A stretch of 59,896 nt of DNA, the filler included, from Dimargaris cristalligena (Eukaryota): NCBI GenBank assembly GCA_003614675.1. It is 8 parts of 8 records of this genome, joined end to end, with 100 filler letters (N's around TTAATTAATTAA, not from the genome) between each part and the next. Parts side by side here need not be neighbours in the genome. Positions count along the whole stretch, not along the records: positions 1 to 7,462 come from ML003414.1; positions 7,563 to 14,991 come from ML003416.1; 6 more parts are not named here. One strand, written 5' to 3'. The notes beneath the pieces are model-generated. The model worked only from the letters and a program-made list of their open reading frames with translations. It had not been told where the DNA came from and made no database searches. The position numbers and the translations under genes were made by a program. Positions 1-11,469 of the stretch are shown here, in pieces (position 1 is the first letter of the stretch; each line of letters begins with the position of its first letter).

Positions 1-1420
1 AAAAAAGAGGGGATTTGGAAAGGTCACTAGCATATCTAGTAGTATGCAGGACAGAGGCAAGAAGGTGTAAAAGGGAATCAAGTAGCAAGGAATTATATCT
101 AAGGCAATACTTGGCAATAAGGGTCTCTACCCTAATAGCCATGGGTGGAAGGTGTGAAATATGTCTAAGGACAGAAGTGGAAGCAGATTTATAGGCCCCA
201 ACCAGCATTCTTAGGCAGGACCCTTGTATCCTTTCCAACTTTTCCAGTTGGCTATCATTCCAGGTAGAGATGGCTAGGCCATACTCCATAACTGGTCTGA
301 TAAGAGAAGCATAGAGCCTGGAACTAAGGTGGAGGTTAAACCCAGATTTATTAAGACCAATGTAGGAGAAAGCAGAGAGCCTCTTGATAACCTTAGGGGT
401 AAGGTAGTCCAGGAGAGCATTAGTAGAAAGGCCATAGGTAAGGAAAGGAACCCCTAGGTAAAGGAAGGAATCAACTAGGGGGAGAAGTTCACCATAGAGG
501 GAGAAGGAGTGGTGGGAAGATGGGCAGAGTACAGCACATTTTGTAGGGCTCCACCGGTAGCTAGTGGCTAAGGAATGTTCCTCAGCCAACTTGAGTATCC
601 TGGTAACAGCTGCCACTGAGCCATATAGGGTCATATCATCAGCATAAAGAAGAGAATTAATGGCTCCAGAGGGAGAAACAGAGTCAGGAAGAAGGGAAAC
701 AATAGGGGTAGTGGGGGTGGCAATAGCCCTTAGAGCAGCTGGGAGGGAGTTAATATAAATGGAATATAGGTGGGGACTAAGAACAGAACCCTGAAGTACA
801 CCTGTAGAGGGGGAGAAGGGGGTAGAGGAGAAGTTGGATAAGATCACTGAGACTTTGATATCATCAAAGAGGTGGGCAAGGAGAGAAACAAGAGCAGGTG
901 GAGCAGTAGAAGAGAGGGCTTGCCAAATAATCCTGTGATCAACAGTATCATAGGCAGCCTTGATATCCAGGAAAACAGTTACAGGGTAGTGGTAGTGGTG
1001 GAAGTAGTACTCCTTAATCAGGTTATGTAAACACAGGGCCTGGTCAAGAGCACTCCTCTGTGGCCTAAAGCCACCCTGGGCAGGATCAAGAGGGAGAGAG
1101 TATATATGTAAAAGTGGAGCTAGATAATACTCAAATAGCTTCCTAAATACAGAAGTAAGGGAAATGGGCCTGTAGTTGGCTGGGTCAGCTTTGTCCCCCT
1201 TCTTATAGATAGGGAACACCTGGGCCATCCTCCACAGAGGTGAAGTTAGGGACCAGGACCAACACAGGGTAAAAAGAGGGGCTAGAATATGGGAAAGGGT
1301 AGAAGAAATAGGTCTAAGCATCTCAGCCCTGATATGATCAGCCCCAGGAGCCTTGGCTCTAGGGAGGCAAGTGATGGCATCAGCTATCATAGAGGGGGTA
1401 AAAAGAAAGGGAGGTGTCTT
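1..1420 (-). mobile_element. LINE (non-LTR retrotransposon) reverse transcriptase fragment, CpG-erased; runs off the window start and is absent from the ORF track
   Basis: Manual minus-strand translation is stop-free for ~473 codons: KAPGADHIRAEM, PIYKKGDKADPANYRPISLTSVFRK, QGGFRPQRSALDQ, FLDIKAAYDTVD, GVLQGSVLSP, LLYADDM, YRWSPTKC, YLGVPF, RPVMEYG. Only one CG (555-556) in bases 1-1560. Confidence 0.95.
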
Positions 1421-2018
1421 AACCAGGTGGGCTTACTCTTAGGAGACTCTCACTGATAGAGGAGGGTTGTTGGATCAGCCAGTGGAGTATTGCATGAGAA
1501 GTATTAGGGCCTGGTCATAGTGGGTTATATAGCAAGAGAAGAGTACTATGGTGCAATAAGGCAAGATCGGACAGGACAATCAGTATTCTGTATTTAGGGA
1601 GGATTAGGTGGGCTAACAATTCATGACAATGGCCATGTGCTATGATAGCTTTATACTGATATTCTGGTTTTTATAATGAGATTCTGGATTATTTATAACA
1701 ATCAATTTACAACCTTAGTTTGAGGAGCCCTCTTCCTGCAATGGAAAGCAATTTTTTGTTCATAATTCCTATTTTCTTCTCAATTACCACTATCATAAAT
1801 AAAAACTAAAAATATATACTTTTCCTCAAAAATACAAAGATATTAAATACTTTTTCTTCAATGTCATGCCTCCCCATTCATTCCTCTGGACCTAGCATCC
1901 CACCTTCGTCTGGCCCGGGTACACCACCATCCATGCCCCAGTGCTCTGTACCTGAGCAGGGCATACCAACTGCTATGCCAAGTCCTAGCAGTGAATTGGA
2001 TAACCCTAATGCCAATAC

Positions 2019-2162
2019 ATATGGGTGAATATCAACCCAACTGTATAAGATTTTACACAATATGTGTATGGGATAATATGTGGGAGAATAACTTTTGACC
2101 AGTAATATTTACCTCATCAAATAGATTATTCATTATACAGCCTGGATAAACTTCTGCCATAT
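2019..2162 (+). mobile_element. 144-bp MITE family A, copy 1
   Basis: ATATGGGTGAATATC...CTGTATAA / TTATACAGC...AACTTCTGCCATAT imperfect ~30-bp TIRs; collinear with the other copies. Confidence 0.85.
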
Positions 2163-5062
2163 TAAATCGTCGGTCTCTGGTCAATTTAGCGAATGGGCTA
2201 GTCCCGAACTCCGGGATAATCTCCGCCTGGCCTCATTTAGCCTCTCCTCTGGACGGAATATACCAATGGGAGGCTATTCATCCATCACCAAAGGAAACCC
2301 CATTGGCCCATCCTCTTCTATACATTCGATTTACGGTCTTGTTCGTACTATCAGCCGCAAAGTCTTGAAAGGGGATACCCAACTGACGAGCCTAATAGTG
2401 TATGGATAAGATGGATCACCCCTATGGTTTTAACTCCACTCTATAGAGTCCTACAAGCTTGACTACCACGATGTCCTTGGACAAGCCTGGGCCTATAAAG
2501 GACTGAGGGTATATGCTATATACACCAATAAACACACGTCTACGTCACCCCCGACGCCCGGCCGATTTTCCATGCAGATGCTATATCTTCTATTGGATAG
2601 AGTGACTGTGATTTCTATTTAGATCGCTCCAGGTTGTGGTGGTCATTTTTACACATACCATATATATATATATATATAGTACAAAAAAGACCAGTTCCGC
2701 GGAATCTAATCTAAGAAATATAGTTTAAAGCGGGATGTGATCGAGAATACATTAAAGCTGATGCTGATTCAAAGGCATGAAATTGTCCCTAATTTTGCGC
2801 AGGTAATATTGGGTGAATGAAGGAGGAAGGGGATATGGTGGATGTACGAACGAGTATCATTCCAGAGGATGGGGTGATTGGTAGTTGGGTAACCACCACA
2901 ATTATAGGACCGAAATGGAGGGCAGATCTAATAGAATCCAAGGTATTTCTGGGGGGAGGCCCATGACCCGAAAGGGGCCAGCGGTGTGTAGCGAGCAAAG
3001 AACGGAAAGACGCCCCTTAATCGGTATAGTATGGGGACGGTTCTGGTTATTTTTCGCTTGAAAGAGGGCGTGTGGCTATTTTCGGATAGCGGGACTCAGC
3101 AAAGGGGATTAGATATAAAGGGGGCGAGATGTAAGTTAAGGGGAGAGTGTATAAGGGACAGACAAACGAGCGCGGACTGGAAAAAGATCGGACGCAGTGG
3201 AAGCGGTGCTGGCTTTGGTAGTGGTGTGGGCGACGGCTACACAAAGCAAGCGCGCCATGAGAGTTGGAATACTGAACCTAAACGGGGAATATCCATGGGC
3301 CTTGTAGGAGGGATATAATAGTTAAGTTGTATTACCACTTGCTCGAATATCCACCAACCCGCTGCCGACTCCAACATATGCCTAGTATTTCCGGATGCCG
3401 ATCCCACGCACACATTGCCCCACATACTCGACTGTCCCGATATTGTCGCTGAACAGCTAGCTACTAACAGACCTATTCATTAGGTAGATGATAGGTGGTT
3501 ATTCCCGTCATATTAAATACTATATACCGCACACACCGACTAACTAACAACCTACTACTTACTACTACTATACTACCCACCTTGCTGACCTCGCACATTC
3601 CCCACTCATACCTCTCTCTCTTCTCTAATTCTATTCTATATTATTTTATTCTATTATACCCTTTCTTATTCGTTCCTTTCACTGCCTTGGTATCGTGCAT
3701 GCGTTCCATTCTTCTCCGATCCGTGCGCGTCCATCCTGTAACCCCGGCCGGCCCCCCTTTCCCTTTTCTACTTCCTGTACCTCGAAGCGGCTCTGCCATT
3801 CTTGGGAAGGCCCCACTCGTGCGTATCCTCTCGTGCTCATCGTCCTATACTACCTACTCCTCTCCTCACTCAGCTCCTCTTTTGTTACCCTCCCCACACT
3901 CGTCTATCACTGAGCACCACCTCGCCAGCTTCGTAGTGCCCCCCGTCTTCGTTTTCAGCTTTGCCCTGGTTACCCACCCCTCTTCTACACTCACCCAATC
4001 TCGTCACCTCCCCCGCCAACCATGTTTTAGATAGAGTATTGCCTTCTCCCTTTCCCACTTCCTTCCTTCACTGGTTTCAAATCATACCTTATTCTCTATT
4101 TGCCCCGCTTTGTTATACTTTCTCGCTTCCTCCTTTATTATTAGGTATACCCTCAGCGAGTTTATTTAGGGCACCTTGTCTCGCTTATCCCTCTAGGCCC
4201 ACCCCCCCTTGACATTGCCTGGTTTTCGGTCGACTCCCTTGGCCCTTCCAGCCCGCTATACCTTTATTAGCGTAGTACCCGAATACGAAGCACCCCGTGA
4301 ATTCCAAGCCGCCTCGCCCATTTTACCAGTCCCTGCACTCCCCCCCTCCCGTCTGGTGTGGCTACAATTTATTTGGTGGTATATTCACCCTACTCACTTC
4401 CCCCCTGTTTAGGATTATTTTTTTTGTCCCACCACCTTTGCCGTAGTGTGTGCACCCTCCTTCTCCCCCAAGAAGCCGGTTCTAATTATCCATGCTAGCC
4501 ATAGAGTAGCGTGTGTTATAATAGTACCTGAACTGTCCGTATCACTGCTGCCCTTCTGCTCCATTCTCAGCCTCTGTGGTGATTTTAAATCTATGTGAAA
4601 CGCCCGCCAAAGCACACTGTTTTATACATCATCATCTCCTCCCCTTTTTCCTCTTCATACACACCCGCTCGCGCTCTCTAGGCCGTCGATTCACTCCTTA
4701 CTTGCTGACCCCTATCCAGCACGTGATCGTATTTACTTTTTGGGTGTCTAGAGCCATTTCGCTGGTTGCACACACCCTTCTCTGTCACTGTTGCTAATGT
4801 TTACCCTTGGCTCCTTTTCCCCCCCAACCGTTGTTGATTTGTTGCCCGTTTACGCCTCCAGGAATGTTTATTTATTCCTCCTATATTAACTAGCCTCGTC
4901 TTCGCCGCTGTTTACCGCTGCTTTATTCTGTATTTATTGCTTATCCTCTTCCCCTTCGATATCCCTTTTTATATTACACGCTCTCTTTCCATACCGTATC
5001 TCTCTTTATCGAATACTTCGTAACACATAGCCCCCTGCTCCATTGCTAGAACTGTGAGCTCC

Positions 5063-7246
5063 ATGACGCAATATATCCCCTTTTCCAAGAGGCACTGCAC
5101 CTGCTCCTCTTCTAGAAGCTGCCACTCAGACCCGTCGCCCTCTCTCGCCGCCAAGGCACGATACAGCAACCCCAAGCTCAGCACCCCAGCACCTGACTTG
5201 CCCACTCCGTCGACGTGTCTGGCCCACAGCTCCGCCGCCCGCCTAGAAATCGAAAAGGTAGCTAAGCTTATTCTAGCTTCCAAACGCTGCGTCGTGGTCA
5301 GTGGCGCGGGTATTTCGTGTAGTGCCGGTATCCCGGACTTCCGCTCCTCCTCGGGCCTCTTCAGTACCCTCAAAGAACAGCACGGGAATCATATTAACCA
5401 AGGCCGGGACCTTTTCGATGCCCAGTTGTTCAACAGCGAAACCACCACCCGTATTTTCCATCAGTTTATCGGTCAGTTCAAGCAGTCCATCGAGAATGTC
5501 CAGCCTACTCCTACCCACCAGTTCCTGTCCTGGCTACACTCCCAGGGTCGCCTGACTCGCTGGTACACCCAGAACATCGACGGCCTCGAGGCTAAAACCG
5601 GCCTATCGGTTCTGGGCCAACTCCGGGCGAAGCCATCCCTCGAAAAGGCCCCCGTGGGTCAGGACGAACTCGACTACTTTCGTTTCACTCCCTCCGATGA
5701 CTTGTACCCGGACCCGACCCAGCGGACGCTGCCCTCTCGTCCGGCCCGCAGCCTTTCCCCCGAATCACTCACCTCCTCCGATGACGGCTCAGCCCCCGCT
5801 AGCCCCCAACCCACCTCCACCCCTCTTAGTTCCCGGATCGCCACCCCTATGGGGTATCCTAGCCCTTGCACCCCATCGCGCATCTCCCGTGACCATAAAT
5901 CCACCGTGGTGCCCCTGCACGGCGATTTGGACCAACTGGTTTGTCCGCTATGCTCCACCTATTACCCCTTCACCCCGGCGTTCTTCTCGAGCTACCAACA
6001 GGGTGAAGCTCCCATCTGTCCCCACTGCGCTAAACTGAATGACAATCGCCTGGAAGCCGGCCGGCGGCCTATTAGTGTCGGCAAACTACGCCCTAATATC
6101 GTACTCTACAACGAGCCCCATCCATCCGGTGAACTCATTGCCAAGGTCATGAACACCGACGTGCGCCTCAAACCCGACCTACTGCTTATTTTAGGCACCC
6201 GGCTTAACGTTCACGGATGCAAAGCCTTGGTGAAGGCCATGGCGCGTACCGTGCGGCAGCAGAAACACGGGAAGATCATCATGGTGAATTTGGACCCTAT
6301 TCAGAGTAAAGAATGGGATGACCTGATTGATATCCAGGTTTTGGGACCCGCCGATGATTTGATCCGCGATATCATTCGCGTACGCGATTCGCAAACTTGC
6401 CTCACCCAGTTTTGGGGATCGTCCCACGAAGATCCATTCCACTCCGGCAAACCTCCGGCGTCCTCGCCCATTACCGACCCGGATACGGCGTCACGACCTG
6501 CCCCCACCAAGCGCGCGGCGGTCAAGCGAAACCGTAGTGCCACCCCAACCCCCGCCCCATCGGATGTCGAGACGCCGCCTAGTGTCGCTAGTCAGCCCTT
6601 ACCCAAGCTGAAGCGGACTCAGTCCCACACCGAACGACCCGTCCAGCGTCGTACCAGAGCACCAGTTGATTCTGCGGCGACCAGTTCGGCTGCGCCTCGG
6701 ACTTCGCGCCGGGCCGCTGGTCGCTCTCAATCAGTCGATAGCCAGTCGACTGTATCGAGTGACCAAGATGAGTTGCCCCCGCGACCCGCTAAGCGGCAGC
6801 GTAAGGCCTCGATCCCCACCGTTCAGCCATTGGTACTCAACAATGTCAATCAGACCTCCCAACCTACCCACGCTTCACCCAAAATGGAGATATCAGCCCT
6901 GCTTTCGAATGAGCCCTGCGAGTCCATACCTCTTATGTGCCTATCCACTGCGTTACCACTATCTCCCAAGCGCCCTGTCACTGTTCCTTCAACATCGGCG
7001 TCGCTTGCCTTGCCACCCGCCCCCATGACCCAATTTTTCAAGGCAACCAAGCCATCCGGTCTGCGGGCCCAGTCCAAGGGAGGCCGATCCAGTGGCCAGC
7101 CCAAGAAATTCAATTCCCCATTAATCTTGGGGAATACAGAATTGACCAAAACTATCCCTTTGACTTCGAAACTACCACCCATGCCGGCCACTTCCAATGC
7201 CCGGATAACAAGGAGTAGCTCCCGTCTTGCAACTTCTGTTCACTAG
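5063..7246 (+). CDS. NAD-dependent deacetylase, Sir2 family class I, Hst3/Hst4-like, with long disordered C-terminal tail
   Basis: SGAGISCSAGIPDFRS, YTQNIDGLE, PLHG..CPLC..CPHC zinc site, LRPNIVLYNEPHP; first ATG at 5063. Confidence 0.93.
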   Translation: MTQYIPFSKRHCTCSSSRSCHSDPSPSLAAKARYSNPKLSTPAPDLPTPSTCLAHSSAARLEIEKVAKLILASKRCVVVSGAGISCSAGIPDFRSSSGLFSTLKEQHGNHINQGRDLFDAQLFNSETTTRIFHQFIGQFKQSIENVQPTPTHQFLSWLHSQGRLTRWYTQNIDGLEAKTGLSVLGQLRAKPSLEKAPVGQDELDYFRFTPSDDLYPDPTQRTLPSRPARSLSPESLTSSDDGSAPASPQPTSTPLSSRIATPMGYPSPCTPSRISRDHKSTVVPLHGDLDQLVCPLCSTYYPFTPAFFSSYQQGEAPICPHCAKLNDNRLEAGRRPISVGKLRPNIVLYNEPHPSGELIAKVMNTDVRLKPDLLLILGTRLNVHGCKALVKAMARTVRQQKHGKIIMVNLDPIQSKEWDDLIDIQVLGPADDLIRDIIRVRDSQTCLTQFWGSSHEDPFHSGKPPASSPITDPDTASRPAPTKRAAVKRNRSATPTPAPSDVETPPSVASQPLPKLKRTQSHTERPVQRRTRAPVDSAATSSAAPRTSRRAAGRSQSVDSQSTVSSDQDELPPRPAKRQRKASIPTVQPLVLNNVNQTSQPTHASPKMEISALLSNEPCESIPLMCLSTALPLSPKRPVTVPSTSASLALPPAPMTQFFKATKPSGLRAQSKGGRSSGQPKKFNSPLILGNTELTKTIPLTSKLPPMPATSNARITRSSSRLATSVH

Positions 7247-7462
7247 CCCCATCATTTGCTTTGCCTGATGCTTTTTTATATATCTTTCTATAGTTTTTTT
7301 CAGTAATAGCCTAACTCTGGTTTCTTTCTACTATTTAGAAAGCCATTCCCTTTCTGTACTGTTTTTATTTATATTTTTGCTCGCCCCCCCTGTACTCTAA
7401 TCCTCGTGAATAATTGAACTAGAATTAAAAATAATTTGCCATGGTGCACATTAGTCATGTTG

Positions 7463-7562
7463 NNNNNNNNNNNNNNNNNNNNNNNNNNNNNNNNNNNNNN
7501 NNNNNNTTAATTAATTAANNNNNNNNNNNNNNNNNNNNNNNNNNNNNNNNNNNNNNNNNNNN
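7463..7562. other. Artificial contig-joining linker N-TTAATTAATTAA-N; also at 14992-15091, 22507-22606, 30020-30119, 37500-37599, 44975-45074, 52439-52538
   Basis: Identical 100-nt spacers carrying six-frame stops; the pieces decrease monotonically in size (7462, 7429, 7415, 7413, 7380, 7375, 7364, 7358 nt). Confidence 0.97.
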
Positions 7563-7904
7563 TTCTCTAGCGAATTGAAATGGTTGGGAGAGAGTGAAAG
7601 TGTACTATGGAATAATAGTTATTTGGGAAAGGAATGCGGCTAATAATCTACGTGACCGGCACGATGAATTAATTAACCGAGAGAAAATTTAATGGGGGTG
7701 GATAAAGGATGGACTGCAATGCTGAAATACCAAATGGTAGCGAAACTAGTATTTGGGTAGCTAATTGAGGAAGAGCAGGGTGTATATAAACCAATATGGT
7801 AAAAGGTGGCAACTGGCTAACGGCTATTAATTGTTTTTAAAAAAGAAAAGCGGATGTCGACAAGTATCAACGAAGGGAAGGATGAAATGGTGATTATTTT
7901 AAAA
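7563..7904 (-). repeat. Near-identical duplicate of the LPMO upstream leader region 13749-14090
   Basis: Direct repeat offset by 6186 nt; about 5 mismatches in 342 nt by eye. Confidence 0.93.
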
Positions 7905-9151
7905 GGAGGTAGGTGGGGCAGACGCTTTTTATATGTAAATATCTGTACCACAGCTCCGCTTCTACTACTGCCTGTGTGCGGAAAGCGGGAATAGAGGTTA
8001 GTGGGCTTGGGGATAAAAACACATACTTTCGTGGATCCATAGTCAAGCGAGACTTCCGACTGGCTGAACATGCCCACTTCCTAAAGTCCGCTTCATCGAT
8101 TTGCGAGTGACCCTGTATATACGCGGGCTACCGATGTCTAGGGATCTTTGGATCGGGCACCTTTGTCTACAGCAAGGGAAATGATTGAGAATCTTGCTGG
8201 TATATATTTACCCTGCCCCGTACCACCCAGCGGGTCCCATCATTATTCTGTTGAGTTAGCTAATTGTTCTTCCCTCTTATTCAACCCTCCCGAATTTTTG
8301 GATTGCATACTAAGTCACTCTCGCAGCCTAATGCCGCTACTCCCCTTTGCTGTAAAATCGCCGCCGATATCGTCCGATATTAGGATAAGTCGTTTAGGGA
8401 CCTTTTTTTGCCGCCAACATGGGCCCCAGCTTACAATTTGTTTATCAATCTAAGGCGCGGGAGTTAAATGAGGTAGAATAGGCGACGGACGGAATTTATT
8501 AAAAGTAGGCTAATTGATATGAGTGGATGGTGAATCCAAGTGCTATTTACGGATATTAAGATTTTAATTTGCGATGCACTTTATCCTGGTATATGTATTG
8601 CAGCCAACTATCTAACTACCATGTAAAATCGAGAGCGACCAAATAATATAGCACCTCTGATGTGTAGGCCAGAAAGGGTTTGAAATTTATATACTGATTT
8701 TGCTGGGTTTTTTTAAATAATGGACCCATTGGATATGCTTACATTATACACCCTTCCTCATTACCAAATTATGTTTAAAAAAATGCAAAATAGGGTAGAT
8801 TCTATAAGATTATCATAGCTTTCTCAGTAATTTCATTTGAATTGATATAATTTTGTATTCTGTCACCCAGGTTAACCACTCTTAGTCCATTAAGAGTCCT
8901 GAGGATAGGCTTCTAATGGTAGGTGGGGCTTAGACTTAGCCAAGTAGGCTACTAGCATTAGGATGGGGTGCAGTACTAACCAATAAAGGATAAGTACATG
9001 TATATGCAAGGGACATGCAGTGGGCACACTTACTAGTTAATATAAGGGGGTGAGTATATAGAGAGTTTATTGAGGTAAACTATGGGGGTATGAATAAGCT
9101 AAGGAATTAAACCAATCCCAGTGGGGCCCAGTTATATATATGTGGGGATAG

Positions 9152-9657
9152 TGTCATAACAGGTTGATTTGAACTATAAGAATAACCAGCCATACAAGTA
9201 AAAACCCATACCAATGGATGGGTAAATTAATATTAACATTACAGAAATATATCCCCATTACCCTACTGTGTTTTATTTCCATTGTTATATTCCCCATATT
9301 ATCTAGATACTGATTCATATAGGTGAAATTCGGCCCAGCTATATAAGGGTTTCCATTATACATGTATGGGAAAATATATGGGAAATGTATTTTTAACTAG
9401 TAATATTGGCTGAATTTAATGGATTTTTCATTATATAGTTTAGATGAAAATCTCCCATATTCATTAGTCATCATTATTCTTTCCCTGCCCCTTGAGTCTA
9501 GATATAACCCCAACCGTTTTCCCACAGTGTGCTCTTTAGCTTACAACTCCTCTTTTATTTTGTCTTATTCTGATATTTATCCTAATAAATTTATTCCTGT
9601 CCTTTGAAGTCTGGTCCATCCTGTGGTACCTGGCCTTAATACTGACCCATCATAACA
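9152..9657. mobile_element. Nested solo-LTR-like element (family C)
   Basis: TGTCATAACAGG...CCCATCATAACA inverted termini; 5-bp TSD GATAG at 9147-9151 and 9658-9662. Confidence 0.85.
9317..9460 (+). mobile_element. MITE family A copy 2, inside element C
   Basis: ATATAGGTGAAATTC...GAAAATCTCCCATAT, 144 bp. Confidence 0.85.
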
Positions 9658-9957
9658 GATAGCTCCAGAGGGAGGTCCCAAGGGAAATGCTACTAAGACT
9701 AAGGTATAGGTAGATAGATAGACTGACTAGATGGCTTTGTATCTGGAAGAGTCTTTGGATCATCAGGTTGAGTATTTTATATGAAGCACTGGGGCCGGAA
9801 GGAGAAGGGTTATATACTGAATGATGATCCCAAAGTACTGAGGGTAACTATGGGAGGGTTAATATGGTACTATAAGGCCTAATAAGGGAGGACAATTGTT
9901 AAGTCCAGATTAAGTCAGATTAGGAGGGCCAACATATTCAAACTTAATATTTTATTA

Positions 9958-10537
9958 TATTACCTGGATTAACCACTATTAGTCCATCAAGAGTCCCAGG
10001 GATAAGCTTCTAATAGTAGGTGGGGCTTAGAATCAGCTAAGCAGGCTACTAGTATCAGGTATGGGCCATAATACAAATAAATAAAGGATAAGCAGTAGGG
10101 ATATGTAAGGAATGTGTAGTCAGTACACTTACTAGTTAATAGGGGGGAGTAAGTATATATAGGGTTTATTAGAGCAAACTAGGGGTAAGAATAAGCTAAG
10201 GAAATTAATTAGTCCCAATAGGGCCCAGTTATATATATGTAGGGATGACTCCAGAGGGAGGTCCCCAAGGAGGACACTACTAAGACTAAGGTATAATAAA
10301 TAAGCCAACTGGACAGCCGTGAGGATCTGGAAGACTTAGGTGGTAACTGGAAGAGCCTTTAGATCAGCACTGGGGTGATTGGTGTAAACCAAGGAGTCCA
10401 GAAGGGGAACAGTTATATGATATAGGGTGATCCTATAGTACCAGGGGTGACCATGGGGAGCTTAATATGGTGCTATAAGGCCCAGTAGAGATGGATGATC
10501 ACTATATCTGGATTAAGTCAGATTAGAAGGGCCAATA
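9958..10537 (+). mobile_element. Solo LTR family B copy 2
   Basis: Full-length homology to copies 1 and 3; termini mutated to TATTAC...GCCAATA; no matching TSD seen. Confidence 0.85.
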
Positions 10538-10660
10538 ACCTCATTACTAGAAGGTGTGCCTTGACGTATTGATTTATTAGAATCTCCTATAGAGTAGATA
10601 CTGGTGTAATATTCAATAGGTGCATACCATATGGATTCGTATTGAAATAAAAGTATTTAG

Positions 10661-11239
10661 TATTAGCCCTCCTAAACTGACTTAATCCAGTCCTAATGAT
10701 TGCCCATCCTTATTAGGCCTTATAGTGCCATATTAACCCCCCATAGTTACCCCTGGTCCTATAGGTCATCCTTTATTATGTAACCCCACTCATTTGACCC
10801 CAATGCTTTGCACCCAAACACTCAACTCACTGATCTAAGACTCTTCCAGTTCCCATGAGAGTCTTCCTGAGGCAAGCCATCTGGTCGGATTCCTTACCTA
10901 TCCATACCTTAGTCATAGTAGTATTTCCCTTGGTACCTCTCTCTGGAGCTGTCTCCATGTATATATAACCAGGCCCCACTGGGACTAGTTTGATCCTTAG
11001 CTTATTCATATCCCCCAGTTTACCTCAATAAACTCTATATACTCATCCCCCCTTGTACTGACTAGTAAGTGTGCCTGCTGCATGTCCCTGGCATTTACCA
11101 GCATCTATCCTTTATTGGTTTATAATACACCCCCATCCTAATACTAGTAGCCCACTCAGCCAAGCCTAAGCCCCCACCTACTGTTAGAAGCCTATCCTTG
11201 GGAATCTTGATGGACTAAGAGTGGTTAACCCAGGCAACA
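10661..11239 (-). mobile_element. Solo LTR family B copy 3
   Basis: Reverse-complement copy starting TGTTGCCTGGGTTAACCAC; 5-bp TSD TTTAG at 10656-10660 and 11240-11244. Confidence 0.9.
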
Positions 11240-11325
11240 TTTAGCATTGTGATAGTAATCCAATAGCATAATTAAACTTTGAATTTCATATACCATATCC
11301 TCAAAAAGAAAGAGTTCACAAATAT

Positions 11326-11469
11326 ATATGGTAGAGGTTTGGCTGAGCTGTATGACAAAAAATCCATTGGGTGAAGTAAATATTACTGGTTAACAATAAA
11401 TCTCCCATATATTATCCCATATACTTATCATTTAAACTCTTATACAGCTGGTCCGAATTTCACCCATAT
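11326..11469 (-). mobile_element. MITE family A copy 3
   Basis: ATATGGTAGAGGTTT...GAATTTCACCCATAT, 144 bp. Confidence 0.85.

Larger units (their letters stand above)
8861..9934 (+). mobile_element. Solo LTR family B copy 1, interrupted by a nested element
   Basis: TGTCAC...GGCCAACA termini; 5-bp TSD TATTC at 8856-8860 and 9935-9939; collinear with 9958-10537 once 9152-9662 is removed. Confidence 0.9.

Noticed and set aside
3495-4797. Leu/Ser/Pro-rich ORFs upstream of the sirtuin
   Set aside because: Non-ATG starts in pyrimidine-rich leader or intron sequence; no motifs
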